From an uncultured Sphingomonas sp. (GTDB lineage: Bacteria; Pseudomonadota; Alphaproteobacteria; Sphingomonadales; Sphingomonadaceae), in assembly GCA_963422345.1 (NCBI GenBank), contig OY729425.1, positions 2,287,156 through 2,351,155 of the forward strand: a stretch of 64,000 nt of DNA. The letters are read 5' to 3'. Each line of letters starts with the position of its first letter. Position 1 is the first letter of the stretch. Both the position numbers and the translations under genes were made by a program. The notes beneath the pieces are model-generated. The model ran no database searches. It was given only the letters and a program-made list of their open reading frames with translations, and was not told where the DNA came from. Of the stretch, positions 61,355-64,000 are shown piece after piece.

Positions 61355-63049
61355 CTAATTCGCCCAGTAAATATAGGTTTCACCCGGGCGTGGTTTCGTG
61401 CCCAGCGGTCGGTCGATAGCGATGGGCGAACGAATTAGCGATGGCCATGCTGGCTTAACGCTGTCTTTGTCATGCTGCGCGAGCAAACCGGTCAGCCGGG
61501 CAACAACATCGGGATGCTGGGCCGCAACATCACGATGCTCGGCAGGATCGGCTTTCAGGTCATACAGCAACGACACATTCGGCAATCCGAGCACCTGCAA
61601 CTTCCAGTCGCCATCGCGCACCACGCGATAGGCACCGTCACGCCAGAACAATGTCTGGTGCGGCAACCCGGCACCGCGCCCTTCCGCCCAGGGGATCAGG
61701 TCGACACCATCAATCGTCCGGTCCTTCGGCAGCGACGCTCCGGCAACGCTGCTCGCCGTGGCAAAGACATCGAAATGACTCACCGGCCCGGTTATGGTCG
61801 TGCCCGGTTTGATCTGCGCTGGCCAGCGCATGAACATCGGCACCTTTACGCCACCTTCAAAGAAGGTTGCTTTCCACCCGCGATACGGCTTGTTGATGTC
61901 GGGCAGGCCAATATAGTGCGCACCACCGTTGTCGCTGGTGAAGATCACCAACGTGTTCTGATCCAACCCTTCCGCGTTCAGTGACGCCATCACTTGACCA
62001 ACGCCACGATCCAGCGCGCGGATCATCGCCGCATAAACACGCGTACGATGGTCCTTGATCTGTGGCAGCGCGTCGTAATCAGCCTTTGACGCCTGCAACG
62101 GTGTGTGTGGGGCATTATAGGCGAGGTACATGAAGAACGGTCGATTGCGATTGGCATGGATTGCGCTGACGGCCTGCGTCGTCAGATAGTCAGTCATGTA
62201 GCGATCCGGGTGAAACCGCTCGCCACCATTATACTGCACACTGAAGGGCAGATTGGCCCACAGGAAACGGTCAATCGGGTCAAAATCTTGCTTGGAATTG
62301 ACCACATCGGGGCTGCCCTCAGGCATATACATCTGGCCACCGATCATGAAGCCCAGGCTTTCATCAAAGCCATGTTTCTCAGGCCGCATCCCCGGGCCTT
62401 CGCCAAGGTGCCACTTGCCCAGATGGACGGTGTGATACCCCTTGCCTTGAAGGAGTTGCGCCACCGTTACCTCGTTGGCGGGAACACCCTTTTCAGCCGT
62501 GGTTGCAGGCTGGCGCGCCGCCTCTTCATCAAAGATCGACTTATGTTCCCACTCGGTCGGGAAACTGGCAATATTGCGCGCAAAGCGGACCTCCGGCCGT
62601 ATCAGGCTGGAGGGGAACCATGCCGGCGGATGGGTCTCGGCCGGCGTATATTCATAGCCAAAGCGGGTCGGATAGCGGCCAGTCATCAAGGCAGCGCGGC
62701 TTGGAGCGCACGTGGCATTGCCGGCATAACCATCGGCAAAATTCACCCCCTCACGTCCGATGGCATCGATATTGGGCGTCTTGAGCAAACCCCCGGCCAC
62801 GCCGCCGCCGTTAAAGCTGATGTCGTTATAGCCCAGATCGTCACCCACGATCAGAATGATGTTTGGCGGACGTTGCCCGGCTGGCAATGACGCCGTGGCC
62901 GGGCCTTGTTGCCAGGTTACGGGGTGATTGGCACCAACGCTTGGCCCCAGCCAGCCTGGCAAGTGTAACAGCACATAGTCTTTCGACAGGAACACACCGG
63001 CAGCAAGCGTGGCGATGGTCCCGAGCGTGACTTTCGCCCAGTGTTTCAT
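61355..63049 (-). CDS. Cys-type (formylglycine) sulfatase with N-terminal membrane anchor or signal
   Basis: PNIILIVGDDLG, TCAPSRAALMTG (CxPxR), GKWHLG, YNAPH, SDNG, GDWK. Confidence 0.92.
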   Translation of the reverse strand: MKHWAKVTLGTIATLAAGVFLSKDYVLLHLPGWLGPSVGANHPVTWQQGPATASLPAGQRPPNIILIVGDDLGYNDISFNGGGVAGGLLKTPNIDAIGREGVNFADGYAGNATCAPSRAALMTGRYPTRFGYEYTPAETHPPAWFPSSLIRPEVRFARNIASFPTEWEHKSIFDEEAARQPATTAEKGVPANEVTVAQLLQGKGYHTVHLGKWHLGEGPGMRPEKHGFDESLGFMIGGQMYMPEGSPDVVNSKQDFDPIDRFLWANLPFSVQYNGGERFHPDRYMTDYLTTQAVSAIHANRNRPFFMYLAYNAPHTPLQASKADYDALPQIKDHRTRVYAAMIRALDRGVGQVMASLNAEGLDQNTLVIFTSDNGGAHYIGLPDINKPYRGWKATFFEGGVKVPMFMRWPAQIKPGTTITGPVSHFDVFATASSVAGASLPKDRTIDGVDLIPWAEGRGAGLPHQTLFWRDGAYRVVRDGDWKLQVLGLPNVSLLYDLKADPAEHRDVAAQHPDVVARLTGLLAQHDKDSVKPAWPSLIRSPIAIDRPLGTKPRPGETYIYWAN

Positions 63050-63435
63050 GATCGCACCCCTGCATCAAAGCTGCGCCAGCCAAGTGCGAGCAGGGCAATC
63101 ATCACCGCCTCAACCGCCATGGGCGGATACGCCGTGGCAGCGGCGCCATCCAGCACCAATGACAGCGCGCGGACACAGATTGTGATCGACAGCAAAACAA
63201 TCGGCACCAGCAACGGCGTGCGCCAACCGCGCCACGCGCCGACCAACGCAAAAACCGCCCCGGTCATGAAGAAGGCGGTGAAATCCGCGCGCATCGTTGC
63301 CAGGCCCTGCGACCCGATCGGGCTCAGAAAGAACCGCTCGGCGCCCTTCACCGGATCAAGGAGAAAGCTCAGCGCCAACCCGACATTGAACAGGCCGACC
63401 AGCGCAATCACGCCACGCATCACATTTCTCATCAT
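63046..63435 (-). CDS. Small four-TM membrane protein (DUF4345-like)
   Basis: Four hydrophobic segments and RADFTAFF; ATGA overlap with the sulfatase. Confidence 0.7.
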   Translation of the reverse strand: MMRNVMRGVIALVGLFNVGLALSFLLDPVKGAERFFLSPIGSQGLATMRADFTAFFMTGAVFALVGAWRGWRTPLLVPIVLLSITICVRALSLVLDGAAATAYPPMAVEAVMIALLALGWRSFDAGVRS

Positions 63436-63518
63436 TTCCCCTCCTGCTTTCCCCGGAGCGCATCTACCTCGCCCACGAGCACGATATTGCCAAAGCACCT
63501 ATGTTATTGGATCAACTT

Positions 63519-63531
63519 GTAAAACTTTTAC
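63519..63531. promoter_or_regulatory. Perfect palindrome upstream of the membrane protein-sulfatase-tetR genes
   Basis: GTAAAA-C-TTTTAC in an AT-rich intergenic stretch. Confidence 0.45.
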
Positions 63532-63565
63532 GTGATCGACGCCGTGTGTTCTAGCGCCCCCTGTC

Positions 63566-64000
63566 TTATTGCGCTGCGCGCGGCTTCAGGCCCTTTTGTT
63601 CCATTCTCCAGACGAGCTGATCGAAGCGATCCTGCCCGAAAAAGGGTTCATTCTCGAACACCATCAGGGGCACACCATAATGGCCCCCGGCGCGTTGCGC
63701 GGTCTGGTTATCGGCCACCACATCACGAAGGCGCGCTTCGTCCTGGACAATGGCGGCATCAAGCTCGGCAAGGTCGAGTCCGGCACGCGCCGCAGCCTGC
63801 GCCAGATGGTCGCCAAGATGCCAGTCCGTCACCGTCCCGCCCCAGATCATCCTGCTGACTTCATCAAGAAACGCCAACCCACGCCCGCGTTCCGCCGCTG
63901 CAACGCCAAGATGTGTCAGCCGATATATATAGGGTTGCTCGGCGGGATAGGTCCGGGTGGCAAAGTCCATCACCACAGGGTCTGGCGAGGGCCAGCGTAA
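63566..64000 (-). CDS. DsbA-family / 2-hydroxychromene-2-carboxylate isomerase-like protein, C-terminal part (runs off the window)
   Basis: The frame is open to the window edge (LRWPSPDPVVMDF..); C-terminal GHYGVPLMVFENEPFFGQDRFDQL motif. Confidence 0.8.
   Translation of the reverse strand, partial: LRWPSPDPVVMDFATRTYPAEQPYIYRLTHLGVAAAERGRGLAFLDEVSRMIWGGTVTDWHLGDHLAQAAARAGLDLAELDAAIVQDEARLRDVVADNQTAQRAGGHYGVPLMVFENEPFFGQDRFDQLVWRMEQKGLKPRAAQ

Overview
GC-rich alphaproteobacterial chromosome segment. The Sphingomonadaceae-like origin is inferred from protein similarity and gene order, not from a database search. Most of the window is core genome: ETF-QO, a UDG-like gene with a lytic transglycosylase and moaB, dnaE with lolDE, ibpA, pyrG-secG, argC, the Entner-Doudoroff operon (zwf-pgl-edd-glk-eda), fabD-fabG-acpP-fabF-mltG, rpsF-rpsR-rplI, mutL, mreBCD-mrdA-rodA, tRNA-Lys(CTT), and a complete cbb3 oxidase locus (ccoNOQP-GHIS; ccoQ and ccoS are missing from the ORF track). 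Accessory parts are a rearranged rutBCDA pyrimidine-utilisation cluster, a lone TonB-dependent receptor, two orphan secreted proteins, an IS5 remnant, a small HxlR-azoreductase module after the tRNA whose azoR is split by an IS630, and a sulfatase-TetR cluster. I found no CRISPR array, prophage, integrase or recognisable defence system. The best leads are: (1) a densely structured, GNRA-capped, terminator-ended plus-strand RNA candidate at about 17176-17285; (2) a small exported Cys/His-rich protein coupled to ccoS; (3) the exactly reconstructable IS630 insertion in azoR; (4) two eroded genes (YbjN-like and MarR-like) that the ORF track misreads. All folds and family calls were made by eye.
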